Assembly: GCA_002269645.1 (NCBI GenBank)
Contig: NIVC01001500.1
Span: forward strand, 62,001-126,000
Length of the DNA: 64,000 bases
Origin: Macrostomum lignano
Lineage: Eukaryota
Direction of reading: 5' to 3'
Within the stretch, counting starts at the first letter, position 1. Each line of letters opens with the position of its first letter. Positions 33,365 through 52,592 of the stretch are shown in pieces. Both the position numbers and the translations under genes were made by a program. The notes under the pieces are model-generated. The model searched no databases. It saw only the letters and a list, made by a program, of their open reading frames with translations, and had not been told where the DNA came from.

Positions 33365-34540
33365 TCCACCCTCTCTCCCCTGTCTAATCTCTCTCTACCC
33401 ACCTCTCTCCCCTGTCTAATCTCTCTCTACCCACCTCTCTCCCCTGTCTAATCTCTCTCCACCCACCTCTCTCCCCTGTCTAATCTCTCTCTACCCACCT
33501 CTCTCCCCTGTCTAATCTCTCTCTACCCACCTCTCTCCCCTGTCTAATCTCTCTCCACCCACCTCTCTCCCCTGTCTAATCTCTCTCTACCCACCTCTCT
33601 CCCCTGTCTAATCTCTCTCCACCCACCTCTCTCCCCTGTCTAATCTCTCTCTACCCACCTCTCTCCCCTGTCTAATCTCTCTCCACCCACCTCTCTCCCC
33701 TGTCTAATCTCTCTCTACCCACCTCTCTCCCCTGTCTAATCTCTCTCCACCCACCTCTCTCCCCTGTCTAATCTCTCTCCACCCACCTCTCTCCCCTGTC
33801 TAATCTCTCTCTCTACCCACCTCTCTCCCCTGTCTAATCTCTCTCTACCCACCTCTCTCCCCTGTCTAATCTCTCTCTCCACCCACCTCTCTCCCCTGTC
33901 TAATCTCCCTCTCTATTCACCTCTCTTCTCTGTCTAGTCTCTCTCTATTTATCTATCTAACTCTCTCTCCTGTCTAATCTCTCTCTCCACCCACCTCTCT
34001 CCCCTGTCTAATCTCCCTCTCTATTCACCTCTCTCCTCTGTCTAGTCTCTCTCTATCCATCTCTTCTCCTCTGTCTAGTCTCTCTCTATCCATCTCTCTC
34101 CTCTGTCTAGTCTCTCTCTTTATCCATCTCTCTCCCCTGTCTAGTCTCTCTCTATCCATCTCTCTCCTCTGTCTAATCTCTCTCTCTCTCTATCCACCTC
34201 TCTCCCCTGTCTAGTCTCTCTTTATCCATCTCTCTCCCCTGTCTAATCTCTCTCTCTCTCTATCCATCTCTCTCCTCTGTCTAATCTCTCTCTCTATCCA
34301 CCTCTCTCCCCTGTCTAGTCTCTCTTTATCCATCTCTCTCCCCTGTCTAGTCTCTCTCTATCCATCTCTCTCCTCTGTCTAGTCTCTCTCTATCTACCCA
34401 TCTCTCTCTCCTGTCTAGTCTCTCTCTATCCATCTCTCTCCTCTGTCTAGTCTCTCTCTATCCATCTCTCTCCTCTGTCTAGTCTCTCTCTTTATCCATC
34501 TCTCTCCCCTGTCTAGTCTCTCTCTATCTATCCATCTCTG
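33365..34540. repeat. About 31-bp CT-rich minisatellite (CACCTCTCTCCCCTGTCTAATCTCTCTCTAC)
   Basis: Tandem array. Confidence 0.93.
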
Positions 34541-34944
34541 CAATTGCGGCGCTACAAGTATATGTCTATTAGATAGAGGAACCCATAGCACTGATATACC
34601 GTATATCCAGCTCAACTAAAAGTACATTCGCTACTCTCTCATTGGGTTAGCTGATTTTGGGATAGAGACGAGTTTTTAGGTGCACTGGGTTAAGCGGCCA
34701 CAGCAGTGTCTGCTGCCCTGCCCTGACAGTCTGCTGGCTGTGTGGGCGATGGGAAAGGTTGAGAAGAGGTGACTGGACATGCGTCTGAGAGTGCTCCGCT
34801 GCCTCCCCTGTTACAGTCGCCAAAATCTTAGCACGCGATCAGAGATATCAATTCAGTATTTATAAATCATCGCTTCGTGTCGATAAAAGAGCTGCTATCT
34901 TGTCTTTTTTATCTTTAAAGCATTCTGTTCCTATTCTATCCCTA

Positions 34945-35885
34945 TTTTTCAGATTTCTATCATTTGTTCCTCAGATTTCTATCTTTCTATTTCTCAGATT
35001 TATTTTTTTCTACTTCTCAGATTTCTATCTTTCTATTTCTCAGATTTCTATCTTTCTATTTCTCAGATTTCTATCTTTCTATTTCTCAGATTTCTATCTT
35101 TCTATTTCTCAGATTTCTATTTTTCTATTTCTCAGATTTCTATTTTTCTATTTCTCGGATTTCTTTTTTTCTACTTCTCAAATTTCTATCTTTCTATTTC
35201 TCAGATTTATTTTTTTCTACTTCTCAGATTTCTATCTTTCTATTTCTCAGATTTCTATTTTTCTATTTCTCAGATTTCTATTTTTCTAATTCTCGGATTT
35301 CTTTTTTTCTACTTCTCAAATTTCTATCTTTCTATTTCTCAGATTTATTTTTTTCTACTTCTCAGATTTCTATCTTTCTATTTCTCAGATTTCTATCTTT
35401 CTATTTCTCAGATTTCTATCTTTCTATTTCTCAGATTTCTATCTTTCTATTTCTCAGATTTCTATCTTTCTATTTCTCAGATTTCTATCTTTCTTTTTCT
35501 CAGATTTCTATTTTTCTACTTCTCCGATTTCTATCTTTCTATTTCTCAGATTTCTATCTTTCTATTTCTCAGATTTCTATCTTTCTATTTCCCAGATTTC
35601 TATCTTTCTACTTCTCAGATTTCTATCTTTCTGTTTCTCAGGTTTATATCTTTCTATTTCTCAGGTTTATATCTTTCTATTTCTCAGGTTTATATCTTTC
35701 TATTTCGCAGATTTCTATTTTTCTACTTCTCAGATTTCTATTTTTCTATTTCTCAGATTTCTATTTTTCTATTTCTCAGATTTCTATTTTTCTATTTCTT
35801 TGAGCACTATTTTTCTATTTCTTTGAGCACTATTTTTCTATTTCTTTGAACACTATTTTTCTATTTCTTTGAACACTATTTTTTG
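34945..35885. repeat. About 23-bp minisatellite (TTTCTATCTTTCTATTTCTCAGA)
   Basis: Tandem array. Confidence 0.93.
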
Positions 35886-36499
35886 TCTTAAACTCGAACA
35901 GTTTCTAAGAAAGCATTCTAAGAAAGAACCGCATTTCCTGTTCCTTTTGTCTTCTATTTAGTTTCTCCTGATAATCAGGCAGTGATTCAAAAGGCCCCAA
36001 ATCCCAACAGTCTGCATAGCAACAAAGATCTGCATGCTCTTCCCGTCAGTTGATTGAATTCTCCAGCCACTCATGCCGGATCACGCGCAGCAGATATTTT
36101 TGTTGCCGAGGGCAAGAGAAGTCAAAGGGAGACGAGCGAACAACTTGGATTAGAATTCACTTCTTTTAACCAAGGAGTTTTCGATGCACTGCTTCTAATT
36201 AATGCTTCAATATACTTGAAGGCTATGCAGCGCTATTATTATTTCTTCAAGCACAGCTTCTTCTAGTAGAAGAAACAAACAAAGCGAAAAAACACAAAAG
36301 AAATACATTTCTAAGAAAACGCGTTAAAAGTACAGCGCAGAGAAACAGTTACAACCGAAAGCTGAGTCTGCATAGCAGTTTGAGAAACTGACACATTACC
36401 AAATCAACGTCACTTCAGGTCTAATTTATCGATCGAAAAATGCTCTTTATCGAATTTCATTGCGCACAGGGACAGAAGGAAAAACCTGCAGCTTCACAT

Positions 36500-36592
36500 G
36501 CACGGGAGTGAGCCTGTGTGTATGAGTGCTGTGTCTGTGTACAGTATTGGCGCAAGTGTGTGCTCAAGGAGTCAGCGGAATGGCGAAATTTT
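36500..36592 (+). mobile_element. Diverged 3' fragment of the same SINE family, downstream of the MCTP stop
   Basis: ATGAGTGCTGTG..TACAGTATTGGCGC..GTGTGCTCA.GGAGTCAGCGGAATGGC matches 12895-12948 and the reverse complement of 19810-19850. Confidence 0.55.
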
Positions 36593-36667
36593 TAAGAAGC
36601 AAAATCCGACATTCAAATCAATATTGGAGAAATTGGAAATGTTACGAAATTGCGGTTATCAAGCCGA

Positions 36668-41101
<4,434 letters not shown>

Positions 41102-41779
41102 GATGATGCTGATGCTGATGACTCAGCGATGTCGCCGACTGCGGGAGAGTGTTTTTGAGTGAGCTGCAATGTGGGAGTGAGACAGACACACAGAGACAGA
41201 ATACAGAGAGCTTGATGAGGCTCTGCGCTGCTATATACAGAAACAGAGCATATTCCAAAGTGGAGCGATGGTCGGATAGAGGGAGAAAATTGGGGAACTG
41301 AGGAGGGGTGGAGGGTGAGGAGTTTCGTGAGCAGCTGCCGGCCAGAGGGGGGAAGAGCCAGAGTAGGTTGGCAAGAGCTGAATTAGAAAAGTTCGCTTCC
41401 ACCCTGTCCAATGCAAAGTAGTTCCCAGCCCGATTGGCTGTGAAAGACAATTCAGTGAGGACAGAAACAGTGGATTTTTACATGAAATTGAATTGTTTTG
41501 TTATAATGCGCAGAAAAGCCGGAATCTAGATGGACTCTTTTATTTTCCTTCACCTTCTATCCTTCCCTCTTCCCTCTCTCTCACCTTCTTCTCTCTGCAT
41601 TCTCAAAGTCGTTAAGCAGACAGTGAGCCAGTTCGAGTTTTTTTTTAATTGAGAACTGCCCGGGCAGACAGAGAAGAGGAGCTGTCGAGGGTCAGGAAAA
41701 ATCTAATAGCCCCATCTCTTGGCTAATAGTTTCATACGTTATGCTTACCTACCGTAGGTAATTATTTCATCCTTCTCTC

Positions 41780-42275
41780 AGTCTCCCCAGTCCCTGAGTC
41801 CCCTAGTCCCTGAGTCCCCTAGTCCCTGAGTCCCCTAGTCCCTGAGTCCCCTAGTCCCTGAGTCCCCTAGTCCCTGAGTCCCCTAGTCCCTGAGTCCCCT
41901 AGTCCCTGAGTCCCCTAGTCCCTGAGTCCCCTAGTCCCTGAGTCCCCTAGTCCCTGAGTCCCCTAGTCCCTGAGTCCCCTAGTCCCTGAGTCCCCTAGTC
42001 CCTGAGTCCCCTAGTCCCTGAGTCCCCTAGTCCCTGAGTCCCCTAGTCCCTGAGTCCCCTAGTCCCTGAGTCCCCTAGTCCCTGAGTCCCCTAGTCCCTG
42101 AGTCCCCTAGTCCCTGAGTCCCCAAGTCCTTGGGTGTCCCAATCCCTGAGTCCCCAGTCCCTGAGTCCTTCACTCCCTTAGTCCCCAGTCCCTGAGTCCT
42201 CCACTCCCTGAGTCATCCAGCCCCTGAGTCCTCCAGTGTCTCAGTTCCGTCAGTCCATGAGTCCCCTAGTCTCTC
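41780..42275. repeat. 19-bp minisatellite (AGTCCCTGAGTCCCCT-AG)
   Basis: Tandem array. Confidence 0.93.
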
Positions 42276-42567
42276 AGTTCTGTCAGCTTTTACAATTCCT
42301 CCTAACAGAACCAAATATACAGACAAGTAATGCAACCTGCACAGACCAAAATCCTATCAGCTCGACAGCAATAAACACACTGTAGGGAGAACATCAATCC
42401 GATATGGTGAGTAACTCAAGCCCCATAAACGTGAGTGAGCAGCCTGGTCGCATTTCGACTGGTTTTATAACTTGTTTAATCGTGCGCCTTCGCGCTGTAG
42501 GCGATCACATCGATTTCCGCATCTGAGGGCAATTTGATACAGTTTGGGGCAAGAGACGCAAGAGACG

Positions 42568-45425
<2,858 letters not shown>

Positions 45426-45874
45426 ACTCTCAATCCATCCTCCCCAAAAGCTTAATGCCTCTTCAGACCTTAAAGCCCGAGCACTGCAGGTTGCAGGCAG
45501 GATCAGAGTCCCTCCGTGAGCAAACGCGAGCACCTCTCTCCCTCTGCCCCCATCCCCTGAAAAAAGCAGAAAAAAGGCCGAGTCCAGAAGCTAGCTGACC
45601 AGCTGACCAGCATCTTTCTTTCTTCATCAGATTTTCTTGCCTGTTCTCGGTAGAAGACGGATCAGGCGTGCTTGGCCTATGCTAGCTGCTCCACTTAGCA
45701 AACAAGCTCAAGGCTCAATGGCCGCCCACCAACCCCTGATGTTAATCTCCCGCCTCGTTCCGCTTCCCTTAAAATCCTAGTTTTTTAGCAGCATGGGTGC
45801 AAAAACACCCAACAAACTACAGCTGTTTGAGGGCTGCAAGAAAAATGAAATACATAAAGAGCGATTACCTAAGG

Positions 45875-46240
45875 ATCTGTGGAGCAGAGCATGGCGCCAT
45901 TCATGAAGGATCTGTGGGGTGGGGACAGAGCATGGCGCCATCCTGAAGGATCTGTGGGGTGGGAACAGAGCATGGCGCCATTCCTGAATGATCTGTGGGG
46001 TGGGGACAGAGCATGGCGCCATTCCTGAAGGATCTGTGGGGTGGGAACAGAGCATGGCGCCATTCCTGAAGGATCTGTGGGGTGGGGACAGAGCATGGCG
46101 CCATTCCTGAAGGATCCGTGGGGTGGGGACAGAGCATGGCGCCATTCCTGAATGATCTGTGGGGTGGGGACAGAGCATGGCGCCATTCCTGAAGGATCCG
46201 TGGGGTGGGGACAGAGCATGGCGCCATTCCTGAAGGATCT
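45875..46240. repeat. About 42-bp minisatellite (GGATCTGTGGGGTGGGGACAGAGCATGGCGCCATTCCTGAA)
   Basis: About 8 copies. Confidence 0.93.
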
Positions 46241-46571
46241 AGGGAGGGGTTTGATATAGCATGACGCTGTGAGGATGGCGTTATCCCCTACCGCAATCCC
46301 AGATCCTCCAGGATTAAGGATGAGAATATTGACCTCCAGAGTGCGGAAAGTGCTCAGTTAAAATAATTCACTATACAGTAGAATCAGCTGCATAGTAATT
46401 CAATAAATTTGTTTGCAGGGCAGAGGGTATACTGAATGCATAATTAATTGATTAATAGCAGCCAGGACCCGTATAGAAGCTGTGTGTAATGCAGAAACAG
46501 ATACAGCATCTGAGAATAATTAGCGGTACTGCAGTTTAGTTGTTTGATTTAGCGGCCGCGCATGGTCCTCT

Positions 46572-46998
46572 CTATGTGAGGAGTGCCATTTCCTATGTGA
46601 GGAGTACCTTTTCCTATGTGAGGAGTGCCATTTCCTATGTGAGGAGTGCCTTTTCCTATGTGAGGAGTGCCTTTTCCTATGTGAGGAGTGCCATTTCCTA
46701 TGTGAGGAGTGCCATTTCCTATGTGAGGAGTACCATTTCCTATGTGAGGAGTGCCATTTCCTATGTGAGGAGTGCCATTTCCTATGTGAGGAGTGCCATT
46801 TCCTATGTGAGGAGTGCCATTTCCTATGTGAGGAGTACCATTTCCTATGTGAGGAGTGCCTTTTCCTATGTGAGGAGTGCCTTTTCCTATGTGAGGAGTG
46901 CCTTTTCCTATGTGAGGAGTGCCATTTCCTATATCTGAGGAGTGCCATTTCCTATGTGAGGAGTGCCATTTCCTATATGTGAGGAGTGCCATTTCCTG
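46572..46998. repeat. About 23-bp minisatellite (CTATGTGAGGAGTGCCATTTC)
   Basis: Tandem array. Confidence 0.95.
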
Positions 46999-47511
46999 GT
47001 TAGAATAATTTAATGCATAATGATATGATATAAATATTTTCTATGAAACAAAACTGAAACTTACCAACTCTTAATACAGCAATACCATTCTTTTTGAAGC
47101 AACAATCAATCTAAATCCAGCATGGTTCTCTATAGTAAAATTACAATGTGTAATAATAAATGGTACAATCAATACAAAAGCAGTGAGGTGTGCATTGATT
47201 TAAACAAAACAACTAAGGGTATACCTTAAATCTATTCCTGTACAGTGGTAAGAACTGAGAGAGGGTGCACACACCTCGGGAGAATCAGTCGTCTCCAGGC
47301 ATTTCAACACCAAAGTATTGATTTTATAAGCTTTGCAAATTCTAAAATCGGCATGCAGTTTGAGGTAGAGAGAGAGGAAAGGAGATTATAGGTTGGTAGT
47401 AAAAACAACATGCCCACCCACTACCCGGAGAATTTCATGCATGGCCTGAAGAGCACGGGCAAGTACAGGAATAAACTGGTTGCGGCTAGCCCGCCTACTC
47501 AATCTGCAAAA

Positions 47512-49240
47512 TATGCTAGTGTCTGTAGCTGCCTGTGCTAGTGTCTGTAGCTGCCTGTGCTAGTGTCTGTAGCTGCCTGTGCTAGTGTCTGTAGCTGCCT
47601 GTGCTAGTGTCTGTAGCTGCCTGTGCTAGTGTCTGTAGCTGCCTGTGCTAGTGTCTGTAGCTGTATGTCCTAGGGTCTGTAGCTGCCTGTGCTAGTGTCT
47701 GTAGCTGCCTGTGCTAGTGTTTGTAGCTGCCTGTGCTAGTGTCTGTAGCTGCCTGTGCTAGTGTCTGTAGCTGCCTGTGCTAGTGTCTGTAGCTGCCTGT
47801 GCTAGTGTCTGTAGCTGCCTGTGCTAGTGTCTGTAGCTGCCTGTGCTAGTGTCTGTAGCTGTCTGTGCTAGTGTCTGTAGCTGCCTGTGCTAGTGTCTGT
47901 AGCTGCCTGTGCTAGTGTCTGTAGCTGCCTGTGCTAGTGTCTGTAGCTGCCTGTGCTAGTGTCTGTAGCTGCCTGTGCTAGTGTCTGTAACTGCCTGTGC
48001 TAGTGTCTGTAGCTGCCTGTGCTAGTGTCTGTAGCTGCCTGTGCTAGTGTCTGTAGCTGTATGTCCTAGGGTCTGTAGCTGCCTGTGCTAGTGTCTGTAG
48101 CTGCCTGTGCTAGTGTCTGTAGCTGCCTGTGCTAGTGTCTGTAGCTGCCTGTGCTAGTGTCTGTAGCTGCCTGTGCTAGTGTCTGTAGCTGCCTGTGCTA
48201 GTGTCTGTAGCTGTATGTCCTAGGGTCTGTAGCTGCCTGTGCTAGTGTCTGTAGCTGCCTGTGCTAGTGTCTGTAGCTGCCTGTGCTAGTGTCTGTAGCT
48301 GCCCGTGCTAGTGTCTGTAGCTGCCTGTGCTAGTGTCTGTAGCTGCCTGTGCTAGTGTCTGTAGCTGTATGTCCTAGGGTCTGTAGCTGCCTGTGCTAGT
48401 GTCTGTAGCTGTATGTTCCAGTGTCTGTAGCTGCCTGTGCTAGTGTCTGTAGCTGTATGTCCTAGGGTCTGTAGCTGCCTGTGCTAGTGTCTGTAGCTGC
48501 CTGTGCTAGTGTCTGTAGCTGCCCGTGCTAGTGTCTGTAGCTGCCTGTGCTAGTGTCTGTAGCTGCCTGTGCTAGTGTCTGTAGCTGTATGTCCTAGGGT
48601 CTGTAGCTGCCTGTGCTAGTGTCTGTAGCTGTATGTTCCAGTGTCTGTAGCTGCCTGTGCTAGTGTCTGTAGCTGCCTGTGCTAGTGTCTGTAGCTGTAT
48701 GTCCTAGGGTCTGTAGCTGCCTGTGCTAGTGTCTGTAGCTGTATGTCCTAGGGTCTGTAGCTGAATGTTCTAGTGTCTGTAGCTGTAGGTCCTAGGGTCT
48801 GTAGCTGAATGTCCTAGTGTCTGTAGCTGTATGTCCTAGGGTCTGTAGCTGTATGTCCTAGGGTCTGTAGCTGCCTGTGCTAGTGTCTGTAGCTGCCTGT
48901 GCTAGTGTCTGTAGCTGCCTGTGCCAGCGTCTGTAGCTGCCTGTGCCAGCGTCTGTAGCTGCCTGTGCCAGCGTCTGTAGCTGCCTGTGCCAGCGTCTGT
49001 AGCTGTCTGTGCCAGCGTCTGTAGCTGCCTGTGCCAGCGTCTGTAGCCGCCTGTGCCAGCGTCTGTAGCTGTCTGTTCAAGTGCCTGTAGCTGTCTCTCT
49101 GATGTCTGTAGCTTTGCTGTCTGTCTGTAGCTGTCTGTCCAAGTGCCTGTAGCTGTCTCTCTGATGTCTGTAGCTTTGCTGTCTGTCTGTAGCTATGCTG
49201 CCTGTCTGTAGCTATGCTGCCTGTCCTAGTGTCTGCAGCT
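47512..49240. repeat. About 21-bp minisatellite (GCTAGTGTCTGTAGCTGCCTGT)
   Basis: Tandem array with a recurring variant TGTATGTCCTAGGG. Confidence 0.96.
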
Positions 49241-49619
49241 GTCTGTGTGATGACTGGCCAGTCCGAAGTGTCTGTCTGTCTGTCATTGTGTCTTTAGTGT
49301 CCATCAGCTAGAGAAGACAACTATCAGCCATTTCAAATGCAAATTGAAGTAGACAGACGCAGAGAAAAAAGGTAAAAATAAGTTGAAATAAAAACGAACT
49401 TCAGGGCTTACATATAATTAACATTCAGTTCTGCATAAGAAGCTGCAAACGAGAGCAAATTTCAAAACTATTTGTTAGGACACGTATATTTGCCTTTTAA
49501 AACACACATTTATTCGTTATTTTCATAGAAAACAGTTGGTAAAGATCGACACCTAACCACAAGTCAGCATTGCAACTATTAGAGGGCGACTAAGAAAACC
49601 TAAAACTAAGATTTGGTGA

Positions 49620-50085
49620 GAGAGAAATAGAGACGTGTAGGCGGGAGAGAGATAGAGGGGGGAGAAAGAAGAAAGAAGGATAGAGAGGGAAAGGAGGAGA
49701 GGAAGGGAGGCGAGGAGGTAGGGGTAGAGGGAAAGGGAGAGTAGGAGAGAGGAAGGTATGGGTAGAGAGGGAGACGAAGGGAGGGGGAGGGGAGGAGGGA
49801 GAGTGTGAGAGAAGGAGAGAGAGAGAGGAGAGAGGGAGGTAGGAGTAGAGAGGGAGAGGAAGAGAGGAGAGAGGGAGGTAGGGGTAGAGAGGGAAAGGGA
49901 GAGAGGAGAGAGGGAGGTAGGGGTAGAGAGGGAGAGGGAGAGAGGGAGGTAGGGGTAGAGAGGGAAAGGGAGGGGGAGGAGAAGAGGGAGAATGTGAGAG
50001 AGGAAGAGGGAGAGAGGAGAGAGGGGAGAGGGAGGTGGGGATAGAGGGTAGACAGGGAGAGGGAAGTAGAGGGAAACAGACACGG
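49620..50085. repeat. Purine-rich (GA/GGA) low-complexity tract
   Basis: Direct reading. Confidence 0.88.
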
Positions 50086-50185
50086 GAATGGAGAACTGCA
50101 GGAAGCCAATTAAAAATTAATTAGCAGCGCCGAGACACGAGCGGCACTTGAGAAGATTCAAAGGAATGAGCACTTATAACTGAGC

Positions 50186-50762
50186 CAGTGGTGTGATTGG
50201 AAAGTTTGCCCAATTTCGCGCCGACTGAAAATTTTCGCGCCATGCCAATGATATTCTACTGACAGCCAAATAAGTCAATTGATGACACTTTTGAGGATGC
50301 GTCTGGCTACCAATTAGCATGTCTCTCAAGTCCCAGCCGTGTCCCGCCTGAACTTCTTGTTGGCGATGTTGGGTGGAATCTTTGAATCTGGGCAAATGGC
50401 CATCAGATCCTCGGCAAGGTCCTCTTCTGACTCGAAGCTGCGATTCTTCAGTGCAATCCTGACAACACACACATCTGATCTCTGCCGCCCTTGCAGACGT
50501 AGCAGCCACATCTTCATTGTCACTTTGCTTCTTTGCGACCACGAAATTCTCCACGAATCTCGAAATTCTCGAGATTAATCTCCTAAGCTATGACATTCTT
50601 GTATTTCATACTGTCTGACAAGAGAATAAGTGTAAAAAGCAGAAAATAAGAATGCAATTTTCGCGCCCATGGTTCCACAAAATTTCGCGCCAGACCCCCA
50701 GGATTCGCGCATTCGCGCCATTTTCGCGCCTGGCGCGAATTCGCGCCTGAATCACACCACTG
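50186..50762 (-). mobile_element. hAT-type non-autonomous DNA transposon, 577 bp
   Basis: 13-bp TIRs CAGTGGTGTGATT / AATCACACCACTG; perfect 8-bp TSD AACTGAGC (50178-50185 and 50763-50770); subterminal TTCGCGC repeats; possible remnant N-terminal transposase ORF (MENFVVAKKQSD...) on minus. Confidence 0.88.
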
Positions 50763-51284
50763 AACTGAGCTAGCCCACCCTAAAAAAACACAGCTTTGGC
50801 CAAACGGAAGCTCAATCCAGAGCAATAACTCAACTAAATTTGAATTAGAACATCGAACAAAGGTAGAGTACATGTGAGCGCTGTGCTCAAGCATCACCGT
50901 TAGCAGCGACCCTAAATAATTAAAACAAAACGCCAAGGAGCACAACACGGAATAACAACAATAACAACAATATAATGATGAAATAAAAAAGTCTTACAAT
51001 AACAACTAATCGTACTGACTAATTCAGAAGTCAGTAGCATATGCTGCGCACAAAAGAAATGAATGTGCTAGACACAAAATTTCAGAATTTTGTTATTACT
51101 TTCGGCAAATAAAAGACTCAATGCAAATTTTAATAATTCAAAACTGACTTCTTCAATAAACGAGCAATGACTTGAAGATCTAGCTATTGAATTCATATTC
51201 AAGCAAGCAGCATGTAACAATATTACATATGCGGCTGTCTGTCTGTCAATCTGTGCCTGTTTGTATTGTCTGTACAGTCATATC

Positions 51285-51810
51285 CAACTGTCAGACTATC
51301 TGTATCTTACTGTCAGACTGTCTATCTTACTGTCAGACTGTCTGTATATTACTGTCAGACTGTCTATCTTACTGTCAGACTGTCTGTATATCTTACTGTC
51401 AGACTGTCTGTATCGTACTGTCAGGCTGTCTGTATCTTACTGTCAGACTGTCTGTCTATCTTACTGTCAGACTGTCTGTCTATCTTACTGTCAGACTGTC
51501 TGTCTATCTTACTGTCAGACTGTCCGTATCTTACTGTCAGACTGTCTGTATCTTACTGTCAGACTGTCTTATCTAACTGTCAGACTGTCTATCTTACTGT
51601 CAGACTGTCTGTATCTTACTGTCAGACTGTCTATCTAACTGACAGACTGTCTATCTTACTGTCAGACTGTCTGTATCTTACTGTCAGACTGTCTGTATAT
51701 CTTACTGTCAGACTGTCTGTATATCTTACTGTCAGACTGTCTGTAGATCATACTCTCAGACAATCTGTACCTTACTGTCAGACAGTCTGTACTTTACTGT
51801 CAGACTGAAG
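51285..51810. repeat. About 20-26 bp minisatellite (TATCTTACTGTCAGACTGTC)
   Basis: Tandem array. Confidence 0.92.
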
Positions 51811-52592
51811 TGATCTTAATTTAAGCATGTTATGCCCAATGTTATTTTTTAGTCTAATGCGAACCTCAGAAGGTTTTTCTATCAGGAAAGTACAGCACAT
51901 GCTTGTGCACCAGTAAAGATCCTATTGCGTGAAGCGAACACCAATGAAATGCGTTATTGAAATCATATATATACTAGCGTTCAGTGAGAATGAAGCCTCT
52001 CTCCAGTTTTTCCCGGTTCTCGGCTCTCCGCCTCTTTGCCTCCTCAACTGCTCCGCTAGCTTGCCCCAACAATCGGGCCTGAACTCTAATATCCCGATTT
52101 AACAGAGATAAATCCGGACAAACGTCAATTCGTGCAACAATATCGATAAGTAGCCTGTGGCTCCATTTTCACTGAATTGCTTAACAAATTTGCGTAATTG
52201 CGTGATCAATATCCTATTAGGAATTGCTACTAACATTGATTAGTAATAAAAATCTTGTTGAAGGTTAGAGATCGAGAGAAACAAATCGAACCTCCGACTT
52301 ATTTGATTCAACAGCAACATCAACGATCATAATCATCGTCAGAGGGGCACACCCCCGCAACACATTATTCAAAAACATTTGAAGACAGTCGGTACCTTAC
52401 TGTCAGACAGTATATAACTGTCATCTATGCATGTATGCCCTACTATCAGCCAGTCGATTGTCTGTAAATTTTACTGTCAGACAGTGCCTTACAGTAAAAA
52501 AGAAAGTGAATATCTTTCGTCAAATTCAAACAATACATCAGGGTTGAGGTCAATCAAGGTCAACCTGGCATCCCCAAGCCGCAGCTGTCAGA

